Below are positions 52,067 through 63,300 of a DNA stretch of 64,000 nt, piece after piece. Position numbers and translations under genes: made by a program. The stretch comes from an uncultured delta proteobacterium (GTDB lineage: Bacteria > Myxococcota_A > Polyangia > Polyangiales > Polyangiaceae): assembly GCA_963716725.1 (NCBI GenBank), contig CAVQUB010000014.1, forward strand, positions 18,097 through 82,096, written 5' to 3'. The notes beneath the pieces were generated by a model. It searched no databases. It saw only the letters and a list, made by a program, of their open reading frames with translations, and was not told the origin of the DNA. Every line of letters begins with the position of its first letter. The first letter of the stretch is position 1.

Positions 52067-52797
52067 AGCGGCCCTTCGGCGATTCCGTGCACGAACTGGT
52101 GCACGTAGGGGTCGTCGCTGCCCCGAGCTTCTTCGGTGGTGCCATCGAAGATCAGGCGGCCACGGTACATCATGCCGACCCGGTCGGTGACCGTGAGCAG
52201 TCGGTCGAGATCGCTCGACACCATGATCACCGTGGCCCCCGAGGCCCTCTGTTCCGTGCGCAAGAGGTCGAAGATCTTCTGACTGGTGACCGGATCGAGG
52301 CCTGCGGCGGGTTCGTCGTACAGCACGATGGGCGCCTGCGCGACCGTGGCTCGCGCCACTCCGACGCGCTTCTTCTGGCCGCCCGAGAGCCCGGCGGGCA
52401 GGCGGTCCTCGAAGCCGGGCAGGGACACGACCTCGAGGCGCTCGGCGACGCGCTGCCGCACTTCTTCGTCGGGCAGGTCGAACAGTCGCCGCAGGGGGAA
52501 GGCGATGTTCTCCGCCACGGTCAGGAAATCGAAGAGCGCGTTGTTCTGAAACAGCATGCCGATGCGTTTGCGGAACTCCTGCAAGTCCAGATCGTTCATG
52601 CCGAAGATGTCCCGGCCGTCGATGGTCACCCGCCCCGTGTCGGGTCGGATCAGCCCCACTACCGTCTTCAGGAGCACGCTCTTGCCGCTCGCGCCCGGTC
52701 CGATCAGCCCGTAGAGGCAGCCGTCGGGCACGCGCAGGTCCACGCCGCGCAGCACCGGGCGGCCATAGGATTTGGTGATGCCCGCGAGCTCGATCAC
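52063..52797 (-). CDS. mlaF: MlaF-family ABC ATPase
   Basis: GPGASGKS, LFQNNALFD, LSGGQKKRVG, YDEPAAGLDP. Confidence 0.88.
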   Translation of the reverse strand: MIELAGITKSYGRPVLRGVDLRVPDGCLYGLIGPGASGKSVLLKTVVGLIRPDTGRVTIDGRDIFGMNDLDLQEFRKRIGMLFQNNALFDFLTVAENIAFPLRRLFDLPDEEVRQRVAERLEVVSLPGFEDRLPAGLSGGQKKRVGVARATVAQAPIVLYDEPAAGLDPVTSQKIFDLLRTEQRASGATVIMVSSDLDRLLTVTDRVGMMYRGRLIFDGTTEEARGSDDPYVHQFVHGIAEGPL

Positions 52798-53585
52798 CGG
52801 GGCTTTTCGGCCGACTGGCGCAGCTCGTCCAGAGCGGCGGTCGAGCGGCGGACCTTTGCCCAGAGCGCGAGCAGCACGCCGATGAGCAGCAGGTTGACGA
52901 GCGCCACCGCCGCGACCGCCAGGCGCAAGGGAGTGAGCGAGCCTCGGGTCACGGTGATCGGCCCCAGGCGACTCAGCTCGCGATCGATGGGACGCGTCGC
53001 CGCGGGGGCCGCCGTGAGCACCACGCGAACTTTGTCTGGGGCCAGGCCGGGCACCGCGCCGGCGACCAAGCTCTGTACGTCGCTGACGGTCAACGGCCCC
53101 GCGGCGCCGCGGTGTCGGATCAGCACCGAGGCCGTCGCGCCGTCCTTCGACTCGCCCTCGAAGGGCGTCTTGGCAGGGACGGCCAGGTGCACGCGGGCCG
53201 AGAGCACGCCCTCGACCGCGCGCAGCGAGCGCTCGAGGTCTCCGGCGGTTCCCGCGACGAGCTTGGCGTGCTCGGCGCTGCGGCTGGGCACCAGGCCGCC
53301 TTCGCCGAGCGCGTCGAGCACTCCCTTGGTGGCCGGTGGCGGCAGGCTCTCTTGGCGGAGCACCTGCGCGGCACCCGAAGCGTCGTCTCTGGCGACCAGC
53401 ACGCGGTAGCGGCCCTCGGCTTGGGGGTCCGCCTCTTTGCTGGCGGCGATGCCGCTCTCTTCGAGGGCGACCACCACCCGGTTTGCGTCGGTCTCTTCGG
53501 CGCTATTGACGATGGGGACCGCGCAGCCGCTCACCAGCAGCGCGAGCCCCAAGCCCCATTTGGTACGCGCTCCCGACCTCGCCAC
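52794..53585 (-). CDS. SctJ/YscJ/HrcJ-family (FliF-related) ring lipoprotein
   Basis: VSGC lipobox, EETDANRVVVALEESGI…K, LPP, GLVPSRSAEHAK…DLERSL..VEGVLSARVHLAVP, ASVLI, LVAGAVPGL..DKVRVV, C-terminal TM. Confidence 0.88.
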   Translation of the reverse strand: MARSGARTKWGLGLALLVSGCAVPIVNSAEETDANRVVVALEESGIAASKEADPQAEGRYRVLVARDDASGAAQVLRQESLPPPATKGVLDALGEGGLVPSRSAEHAKLVAGTAGDLERSLRAVEGVLSARVHLAVPAKTPFEGESKDGATASVLIRHRGAAGPLTVSDVQSLVAGAVPGLAPDKVRVVLTAAPAATRPIDRELSRLGPITVTRGSLTPLRLAVAAVALVNLLLIGVLLALWAKVRRSTAALDELRQSAEKPR

Positions 53586-53601
53586 GGCAGCGGTTCTACA
53601 T

Positions 53602-55167
53602 CTAAAACGCGGTCCTCGTCACGTCGAGGTTGGGACGCGACGGGAACGACAGGCCTCGGACGCCGCCAGCGATGCAGGACGCGACGCCGGGGTTGTTTGG
53701 TTTGACGCTGACGCTCACGCCCACCGCGCGACCGTTCTGAACGGCGGCGCAGATGTTGATTTGCATGTCGTCGGGGGCGCCACAGTGGCCGAAATACGAG
53801 CCCTTGTTCAAGATCGACCCGTACTGGCCAGCCGTGAGATCGGCCTGGGCCTTCGGCCCGCCGCCGATGGTGACCTCGTCGCCCTTGTAGGCGGCGATGG
53901 CGCCCTCGCACGACATGCCGCCGGCCAGGATCGGGATGCCGTTGGACACCCCGACCACGCCCTTGCCGCCGCCGGCCGAGGTCGGTCGTTTCGCGCTCTT
54001 GAGCCCACCGTCGACATCGACGTTGGTGGCGGTGTCCCCGTGGATGGCGATGGCGTCGCTGCGCGAGCCGCGCCGGGCGACGAACCAGATGGCTGCGGCC
54101 ACGATCAGCGCGCCGACCACCAGCACACCGACCAGTGCCTTGCTGGTGGTGCTCTTGCGCTCGGCGGTCACGGTCTTTTCGAGCGCGACCTTCTCGGCCT
54201 TGATGTCACGATGCAAGCGCGCGTGCTCGGCGAAGGGCGCGAACTCTTCCCAATCGCGGATGGCGCGTTCGTCCTTGCTGAAGGCGTCCCGCAGCACGTC
54301 GACCTCCACGAAGGTGTGGCTGGCGATCTGCTGGAGCAGCTCGACGGCGCTGAAGGGCCCGTGATCCATGCCCTCTTTGATCACGACGTAGCGCGGGCGT
54401 TTGTCGCGCTCGAGGCGCGCCTTCAGCTGCGCGAGCTCGGTGGTGGAGTCGTTCATGCGAGGCGCCGAGCCTGGGGCCTGAGCCACCGCGAGGTTCAGCG
54501 GGCCCGAGGGTGTCTCGTGGAAGGCCTGGCTCGGGGCCGGGGGCAGCATCGAGAGCGAGATGTCGACGTCGAACTTTCCGTCGTGGTCCAGGTGGGACTC
54601 ATCGGCAGCCGGGGGCGCGATGCTGCCGCTCGGCGCCAGGTGATGCAGCGCTTGGGCCAGCGCTTTGAGGTCGTCGGGTCGGTGGCTGGGATCGGCCACC
54701 AGCGACTTGGCCAGGATCACCTCGAGGTCACGGGGCAGGGTGGGGATGACCTCGGTCGGGCGCCGCATGCCGGGACCCACGGTCATGCCCGTCAGCAGCT
54801 CGTAGGTGATGGCGCCGATGGCGTACACGCTCGCGCGCGAATCTCCCGGCCTGCCGTCGCGCTCCTCGGGGGCCATGCAGACCTTGTCGCGCGGCAGCGT
54901 GGGGGGCACGATGGCCTGCTCGGGAGCGATACGCACGGCTCCGCCGGCGTCGATGGAGATGCTCGACGGGTGAAGGTACAGGCTCTGGCCGGCTGCGTGG
55001 CGGTCCGCGATCTCGACCGCGAGCGGTACGATGATCCCGACCGTCTCCTTCAGCGTGTGCAGTGTTCCGCGGGCCCTGGCTTCCTCCATCCGGGCTCGGA
55101 GGCTGCCGGGGGGAATGGAGGACCCGACGGGGAGCGGTGTTCCGATGCGTTGCGCGCTGGTGTTCAT
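53602..55167 (-). CDS. Pseudokinase + GYF-like + TM + TonB-C-like (AgmX/PglI-type) protein
   Basis: Kinase C-lobe remnants (LHPSSI, MAPEE, VYAIGAITYELLTG, DPSHRP), YVVIKEGMDHGPFS, TM, …GRAVGVSV…VASCIAGGVRGLSFP. Confidence 0.7.
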   Translation of the reverse strand: MNTSAQRIGTPLPVGSSIPPGSLRARMEEARARGTLHTLKETVGIIVPLAVEIADRHAAGQSLYLHPSSISIDAGGAVRIAPEQAIVPPTLPRDKVCMAPEERDGRPGDSRASVYAIGAITYELLTGMTVGPGMRRPTEVIPTLPRDLEVILAKSLVADPSHRPDDLKALAQALHHLAPSGSIAPPAADESHLDHDGKFDVDISLSMLPPAPSQAFHETPSGPLNLAVAQAPGSAPRMNDSTTELAQLKARLERDKRPRYVVIKEGMDHGPFSAVELLQQIASHTFVEVDVLRDAFSKDERAIRDWEEFAPFAEHARLHRDIKAEKVALEKTVTAERKSTTSKALVGVLVVGALIVAAAIWFVARRGSRSDAIAIHGDTATNVDVDGGLKSAKRPTSAGGGKGVVGVSNGIPILAGGMSCEGAIAAYKGDEVTIGGGPKAQADLTAGQYGSILNKGSYFGHCGAPDDMQINICAAVQNGRAVGVSVSVKPNNPGVASCIAGGVRGLSFPSRPNLDVTRTAF

Positions 55168-55224
55168 CTTCGGTGAGGGGGCCGAAGTCTACACCGCTCG
55201 GCGACCGGCGGCAGCCTCGGAATG

Positions 55225-56130
55225 TCAGAGCGCCGTTTCGTCCTCACGGCGAGGTCCCCGCCAACGGTCGCGGCGCTTTTCGTAGCGGCCCAAAACGAAA
55301 TTTCCCAAGACCGGCGCGATGTTGCGCGCGATGTCTTCGTCCCATTCGCCGCCGTTCACGTAGTCCAGGGGCCGGTTGGCGTCGCCGAGGATCACAAAGC
55401 CCGGGACCTTGGCGACGGGGATCCCGAGGAAGGTCAGGTCTTGGCCGAAGTCCCCGGCGTTGACCCGGACGAGCCGGACCCGTTCGAGGGCCGTCTGCAT
55501 CTGCAAGTCGTGCAGCGACGCCGCCACGCCGTTGCAAGGAAGGCAGTCATCGACCACCACCCAGAGCAGGACCTTCTTGCCGTCTGTCGCCGCGGCCTTG
55601 CGCTGCGCTTCGAGCTCCCGGGACAGCGACGGGAGGTCGCGATCGAGGTCGATGAGATCGAGCTTGCCCACCTTGGTCGCGATGACCCCGCCTTGGCGGG
55701 AGCTCGCGGGGCCCGCGCCCTTGGGCGCTACGGTGGGGCTCGGTGGTGCGAGGAAGGTCGGGGCGGGCGCCGGCGCGACGACTGGGGCGACCATCGGTGT
55801 CGGGGCGGTGGCCGATGGCGAGCCTGCCCAGGACAGCACAGCGGCGAGGCCGAGCACCGAAACGACGACGTTCAACGCGCCGAGCACCGCGCCGCCGATC
55901 GCCAGGCCCGATCCGGTGATGGTGCCCTCGGACTTGGCGATCTCGCCCTTGGCCACGATGCCGAGGGTGAGGGCGAACAGGCCGCCGATCGCCGGGATAC
56001 AGGTGAATCCCAGCACTCCGAGCACGAGGGCCCAGATGGCCATGGCGCTCGTGCGAGCGGGCCCCGCCTGGGGCGGCGCTGCCGGCGCGCCTCGGGCGTA
56101 GGGGTCGTGGATGGGGGAGCCGTCGTTCAC
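55225..56130 (-). CDS. DUF4190 membrane domain + thioredoxin-like domain
   Basis: MAIWALVLGVLG…ITGSGLAIGG; VLLWVVVDDCLPC…KVPGFVIL. Confidence 0.75.
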   Translation of the reverse strand: MNDGSPIHDPYARGAPAAPPQAGPARTSAMAIWALVLGVLGFTCIPAIGGLFALTLGIVAKGEIAKSEGTITGSGLAIGGAVLGALNVVVSVLGLAAVLSWAGSPSATAPTPMVAPVVAPAPAPTFLAPPSPTVAPKGAGPASSRQGGVIATKVGKLDLIDLDRDLPSLSRELEAQRKAAATDGKKVLLWVVVDDCLPCNGVAASLHDLQMQTALERVRLVRVNAGDFGQDLTFLGIPVAKVPGFVILGDANRPLDYVNGGEWDEDIARNIAPVLGNFVLGRYEKRRDRWRGPRREDETAL

Positions 56131-56158
56131 GCGCTCGGGAGTATAGCGCTGCCGCAGA

Positions 56159-56797
56159 CTAAAAACCCACGCCGACCGTGGCGAGCGCGAGCAGGTAGGC
56201 CCGGGCGTTCGGCGCCGATTCGCCACGGATCGCCGGGACCGCGCCGATCAGGTCGATGGATGCTCGGGCGTCGGTGTCGCGGATCGGCAGCGCGTATTGC
56301 AGGGTGGCCCGGAGCGTCCCCACGCCGACGGTGTGCGAGTCCGTGCCGCCCGCGCCATCCGAGAGTTGCATCATGGCCGCGGCAGCCCCAGCCCCGACGA
56401 TGGGGTGGAGCGGGCCGTAGTGGTTGAAGTCGAGCCAGAGTTCGCCACCATATTGCGAGACTCCGCCCTCACCGCCGACGCGGACCCAGGCGCCGCTGAC
56501 CCGGAGCCCTGCCGCCTTTTCGCCCACGTCGATGGCGGCGAACAGACCACCGGCCGGGGAGCTGTCGGAGAGGCGGACCACCGGCCCGGTGTGGATGCGC
56601 ACCGTCGATTTGGGGCGATAGTAGTCGTCAAGGGGCCGATCGTAGGGCCGATCGTAGGGCCGATCGTAGGAGTCGTAGGGGCGGGAGCTCGCGACGGCGG
56701 GGGCCGGCTGGTCCGGTGCCTCGGCGTAGGGCTGAGCGCCGCTGAGGGTCGGGGTCAGGGAAACGAGCGCTAGCGAAGCGAAAACCAAATGCCTCAT
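56159..56797 (-). CDS. Secreted, probable outer-membrane beta-barrel protein
   Basis: Signal peptide, YDRP repeats, amphipathic strands, terminal …ATVGVGF. Confidence 0.65.
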   Translation of the reverse strand: MRHLVFASLALVSLTPTLSGAQPYAEAPDQPAPAVASSRPYDSYDRPYDRPYDRPLDDYYRPKSTVRIHTGPVVRLSDSSPAGGLFAAIDVGEKAAGLRVSGAWVRVGGEGGVSQYGGELWLDFNHYGPLHPIVGAGAAAAMMQLSDGAGGTDSHTVGVGTLRATLQYALPIRDTDARASIDLIGAVPAIRGESAPNARAYLLALATVGVGF

Positions 56798-56868
56798 GCG
56801 GTCCTCCAAGCGGGTTCGACGAAGGAACGCGAGAACCTGCCTCGGGCTTACGCTATGGTTCGCAGGGC

Positions 56869-57654
56869 ATGCGGTCCTGGCTGGTCTTGGTCCTCGCGGC
56901 GACGATCTGGGTCGCTCCGGCGCCGGCGTGCGCCCAGGCGTCGGGGCCGGCGGCAGCCAAGAAGCACTTCGTCGCCGCCAAGAAGGCCTACAAGGCCGGC
57001 GCCTATCAGGAAGCGGTGGGTGAGCTGAAGCGGGCCATCGAGCTCGATCCGAACGGCAAGGACCTCTTCTACAACCTGGGTCTGGTCCAAGAAAAACTGG
57101 GTGAGATCGACGAGGCCATCGTGGCGTTCAAGCGCTACACCGAGCTCGAGACCGACACCGGCGAGCTCGAGAAGGCGATCCAAACGGTGCGCCGCCTGGA
57201 AGGCGCGCGCGACGAGCTGGCCAAGAAGAAGGCCACCGAGGAGGCGCCGAAGCCCGAGCCGCCGCCCAGGGTCATCGTGGTCCCCGCCCGCGACGAACCT
57301 CCCCCGCCGAAGCCCAAGAGCGCGTCCAAAGGACGCCTCGACGGCTGGGTGTTCGCGACCGGCGGCCTGTCCGTCGCAGCCCTCGGCGTCGGCACTTACT
57401 ACGGCGTGCAGGCCCTCTCGACCCGGAGGAGCAGCGAGGAGGCGACGAACGGCTCGACCACTGTCCGCGAGCTGGAAGATCGGGCGGCGCGCGCCCACGA
57501 CCAGGCGGTCGCGGCCGACGTCGCGTTCGTGATCGGCGCCGCGTCGGCGGGGGCGGCGCTGCTGCTGTACTTCACCCGCGACGCGAAACAGAACGCGCCC
57601 GAGGTGGGGCTGGCGCTCACGCCGAGCTCAGCGTCGGTGCGAGGCGCCTTTTGA
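56869..57654 (+). CDS. Secreted TPR protein
   Basis: Signal peptide, AKKHF…YKAGAYQEA…LFYNLGLVQEKLG, C-terminal hydrophobic hairpin ending VRGAF. Confidence 0.8.
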   Translation: MRSWLVLVLAATIWVAPAPACAQASGPAAAKKHFVAAKKAYKAGAYQEAVGELKRAIELDPNGKDLFYNLGLVQEKLGEIDEAIVAFKRYTELETDTGELEKAIQTVRRLEGARDELAKKKATEEAPKPEPPPRVIVVPARDEPPPPKPKSASKGRLDGWVFATGGLSVAALGVGTYYGVQALSTRRSSEEATNGSTTVRELEDRAARAHDQAVAADVAFVIGAASAGAALLLYFTRDAKQNAPEVGLALTPSSASVRGAF

Positions 57655-58883
57655 TGAGCGCCCGAGCCGCCATCGCCTGGGCGCTCGCCGGCTGTGGACT
57701 CAGCGTCGCGCTGGCGTGCTCCGCCATGATCGAAGCGGAGCTCGCTCAGGTCAGCTGCACTCGCGAAGGCTCCATCGGTCCCCCGGATTGCCCGGCCGGG
57801 CAGGCTTGCCGGGCCGGCTCGTGTTCGCCCTGCGGCGCTCAGGAGATCTGTGGCAACGGCGCCGACGACGACTGCGACGGCGTTCCCGACGACGGCTGCA
57901 ACGACGGCGGTGGCGCCGGCGGCGCCGGCGGCGGTGACGGTGGCAGCGCGGGCAGCGGCGGCGACTCCGGCGGCGGCAGTGGTGGGACGCTCGCGGGCGG
58001 CGGTGGCGCTGCGGGCAGCGGCGGCAGCGGCGGCACCGGCGGCAGCGGCGGCAGCGGCGGCAGCGGCGGCAGCGGCGGCAGCGGCGGCACCGGCGGCACC
58101 GGCGGCACGGCGCCGGGATCCATCGGCGCGACCTGTACGTCTGCGGCCGAGTGCGACTCAATCCTCTTCTGCGCGAATCCCTCGGCCTTTGGCGGTGCGA
58201 GCGGGCCGAAGGTCTGCACGCGATCGTGCTGCAAGAGCGAAGAGTGCGGCGCGGGCACCAGCGTGTGTTACCCGTCGCCGGACGGCGGGAGCGCCTGCGT
58301 GCCGGCCGCATCGGTGGGGCGAGGCAATCTTGGAACGGGCGCGGCCGGCGATGCGTGCGGCGTTCACTCGGAGTGCCGATCGGGGTTGTGCGAGGCCAAC
58401 AAGTGTTTCGACACCTGCTGCGGAGACGCCACTTGTTCGGGCTCGCAGTACTGCGTGAAGAAGACCCTGCCCGGCACCTCGCGCAGCGTGATGGCCTGCG
58501 GCGCCGCCGTGGGCAACGGCGGGTACCAAGCGTTCTGCAGCGTGGACTCCCATTGCCAGAGCGGGATTTGCTCTTCTGGCATCTACTGTTCGAAGGCTTG
58601 CTGCACCGCCAAAGACTGCGCGGGGACCGCCAACTTCGTCTGCCTCCACGTCGTCCCCGGGCTCCGGCGCTGCGCCTACCCGGGGTTCACTCCAGGGCCG
58701 AAGCTCTTGGGCGCCGAGTGCGCCGGCAACGGCGAGTGCAAGAGCGGACACTGCCTCGGGCCGACGGGTGGCCCGTTCTACTGCTCCGACACCTGCTGCA
58801 GTAATTCCGACTGCGGCGGCGGCTTTTCGTGCAGCGCGGCCAACGTCGGCGGCACGAACCAGTTGCTTTGCGTCAAGTTGTAG
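57654..58883 (+). CDS. Cys-rich lipoprotein (MopE-like EICGNGxDDDCDG motif, Gly/Ser linker, repeated C..x.EC.SG.C units)
   Basis: ALAC lipobox; motifs visible in the translation. Confidence 0.8.
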   Translation: MSARAAIAWALAGCGLSVALACSAMIEAELAQVSCTREGSIGPPDCPAGQACRAGSCSPCGAQEICGNGADDDCDGVPDDGCNDGGGAGGAGGGDGGSAGSGGDSGGGSGGTLAGGGGAAGSGGSGGTGGSGGSGGSGGSGGSGGTGGTGGTAPGSIGATCTSAAECDSILFCANPSAFGGASGPKVCTRSCCKSEECGAGTSVCYPSPDGGSACVPAASVGRGNLGTGAAGDACGVHSECRSGLCEANKCFDTCCGDATCSGSQYCVKKTLPGTSRSVMACGAAVGNGGYQAFCSVDSHCQSGICSSGIYCSKACCTAKDCAGTANFVCLHVVPGLRRCAYPGFTPGPKLLGAECAGNGECKSGHCLGPTGGPFYCSDTCCSNSDCGGGFSCSAANVGGTNQLLCVKL

Positions 58884-58902
58884 GTCAAGCAGTCGGGCAG
58901 CC

Positions 58903-60315
<1,413 letters not shown>

Positions 60316-60368
60316 GTCCTAAACCCGCGTTGCGGCTGCAAGATGCAGCGTGTTAGGGTCCCGCCGCC

Positions 60369-63300
60369 ATGGACCCCCGCGAGATGGAGGCGCTGGTTCA
60401 GCGCCTGGTCCACAACCCGCACGATCAGGAGGCGATCCGGTATGCGCACCACGCGGGCCAGAGCGACCCGCGGTCGTACGCGATGTTGCTGGAAAAGGTC
60501 GGTACGGCCACCCAAGATCCGACCTTCGCCTGCCACTGGCTGACCGAGGCCGCCCAGGTTTGGTCGGAGACCCTGGCCGACGCTCACCGCGCCGCGCGTG
60601 CGCTGATGATCGCCATCGATCGGGACCCGACCCAGCCCGCGCCGGCGGAGAAGCTGGCCACGCTGTACCGAGAAAAGGGCGACAGCAAGGCCCTGGCCGC
60701 GCTCCTCGAGCGACGCGCCAAGGCCCTGGCGCCGCTCGCCCAGCAGGACGCCGAGATGCGCGCGCACGTCGCGGGCATTCACGAAGAGCTCGGGCGGCTG
60801 TGGGCCGAGCCGCCGCTGTCCCAGCCGAAGAAGGCCGTCGAGAACTACCGGCGGGCCCTCGAATACGATCCGCAGAGCCAGTACTCGATCTACTCGGTCC
60901 GCGAGATGCTCAAGACGTCTCAGCAGTGGGCCGAGGCGATCCCGTATTTCTCCATGGAGATCGCCCTCACAGACGACCCGGATCGCCAGGTCGCGCTCTA
61001 CCGAGACGAGTCCGAGGTCCGCAAGCTCGCGGGCGACCTGGGCGGAGCCACGGATGCGCTGCGCCACGCGCTGACCGTCGACGGGGGACGCGATCCCGCG
61101 CTCAAGCAGCAGTTCGGTACGCTGGTGCTCGAGCGCAAGCAGTCCGGCGACCTGCCGCACCAAAGCGAGCTGGCCGAGGCCGCGCAGTGGTTCGTTGCGT
61201 TGGCCGAGGAGTACCCGGGCGAGCACGGCTTGTCGTACTCGACCTGCGCGCTGGATCTCGAGCCGTCCAACGACCGCGCGATTCAACTGGCGATGTACTA
61301 CGCGGAGCAGGCCGGTCGCGAGAGCAGCGTCGCGACCAAAGCCGCCGCCTATCTCAAGGCCAACCCCCAGGGCTCCATGGCGGCAGACGCGCGCGCCCTG
61401 GTGTCCCGCGCCATGCAGTCGGACGTCGGCGACGACGCCGACGACTCGATGCTCGACGCCCTCGCGCCGGCGGCGGATGCCCCGAACCCGGACCGCATCC
61501 GCGCCTTGCTCGACGTCGCCGACGCCCTGGTTCGCAAGACCAAGAAGAACGAGGCCGCGGCCAAGTACAAGGAAGTGCTCGAGCTCGATCCCGCGAACAC
61601 CGACGCGCTGACCTTCATGGAGGGTTTTCTCCGGCAGACGCGCAAGTACGCGGAGCTACGCGACATCTTGCAGGCAGCGACCAAGACCGCGGGCGTCGAC
61701 GGCGACGTGCGCAAGGGTTGGCTGCGGGAGCTCGCCGGGTTGTGCGAGACGCAGCTGCGCGATCTCGACACCGCCATCGTCGCGCTCAAGCAGTTGGTGA
61801 GCCTCGACAAGAGCGACGAAGGACCGAAGACGCAGCTCAAGCGCCTCCTCGAACGCACGGGTCACTGGGACGACCTGGCCACCTTGCTCGAGCAAGAGGC
61901 CGAGCAGACCACGGACGAAGAGACGCGCATCTCGATGGAGAAGGCTCTGGCCAAGCTCCACGAACAGAAGCGAAAGGATCCGGTCGCCGCCGGCGAGGCA
62001 TGGGCTCGGATCGCCAGCCTCACGCCCGACGACGACAGCGCGATCCACACGGCCATCAAGCAGTTCGAGAAGGGCGACCGCTACGATCTCGCCGCGCAGG
62101 TCATCTCCGACAACATCGGGAGCGTGAGCGACGAGGGCGCGCTCGTCGGCCTGTACAAGAAGCTCGGCGAGTTGCGGGAGTCCGCGGGGGAGCATTCGGC
62201 CGCCGGCGATGCGTTCTCCGAAGCCGCGACCAAGGGCTCGGATCCCGGGCTCTGGGAGTCAGCCGAGCGTTGCTTCGCCCAGGCCAGTGTGTGGGAGCAG
62301 GCTGCGCTGGCGGTCGAACGCCGGGCCGAGCAGGCACAGAAGCCGCGGGATCAGGCCGCGCTCTTCGCCAAGGCCGCCGACTACCTGGGTCGGGCGGGCG
62401 ACGACGCGACTGCGGTGGTCCGACTCGAGCAGGCCACCGATCTCGATCCCCAGAACGACGCCCTCGCGCTCTTGCTGGAGACTCGCCTCACCGACAGCGA
62501 GCGCACCGCCGATCTGGTGGCGTTCTTGCTGCGCCGGGCCGAGAAGCTCACGGACGTGCCCCTGCGAGTGTCGCTCCGCAAGCGTGCGGCGGAGCTCCAG
62601 CGCGATCAGCTGTCGGACCTGGACGCCGCGCGAGCGACCTTGGTGCTCGTTTTGGTGGACAGTGACGACACCGAGTCATTGTCCCTGCTGTCCGAAGACG
62701 CCGAAGCTCGAGGAGAGTGGGCGGACGCCACGGAGTACTTGCATCGCCTGGCGAAAGCGGCGGAGGACGACGCCACCCGCATGAGCGTGATGATGCGCGA
62801 AGCACGCATCGTAGCCGAGGGCTTGGACGACGCCGAGGGCGCCGTCGAGCGCTATGAACGCGTGCTGCGCGACCACGACCCGACCAACGTCGAGGCGCTC
62901 GAGGCAGTCGCTGCGCTCCACGAGAAACGCGGTGATCCGCGCGGAAACGCCGAGGCGCTCGAGCGGCTCTTGGCGGTGCTGACCGATGCGCAGCACAAGC
63001 TCGAGGTCGCGCTGAAGCTGGCGGCTCTGTACGAAGGTGCGCTGGACGATCCTGCGGCGGCGGTCCGCGTGCTCGACATCGTGAGGGCCCTGGACGAAGA
63101 AGACTACGACGCCGTGCAAAGGCTGGCGACGCTGTGCGAACGGCTCGAAGATTGGCCGCGCGTCGCCGAATTGATGCGTGCGCTGGTCGAGGTCGAAGGC
63201 GACGACGACGAGGTCAGCAAGATGACCCGCCGTCTCGCGGAGGTGCTCGAAGAAAAAGTCGGCCGCGGAGACGAGGCCTTGGCCGCGTTGATGGCGGTGG

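Noticed and set aside
52794..53585. Complete type III secretion system or flagellar locus
   Set aside because: No export apparatus, ATPase, secretin or other fli/sct genes recognised in the window.
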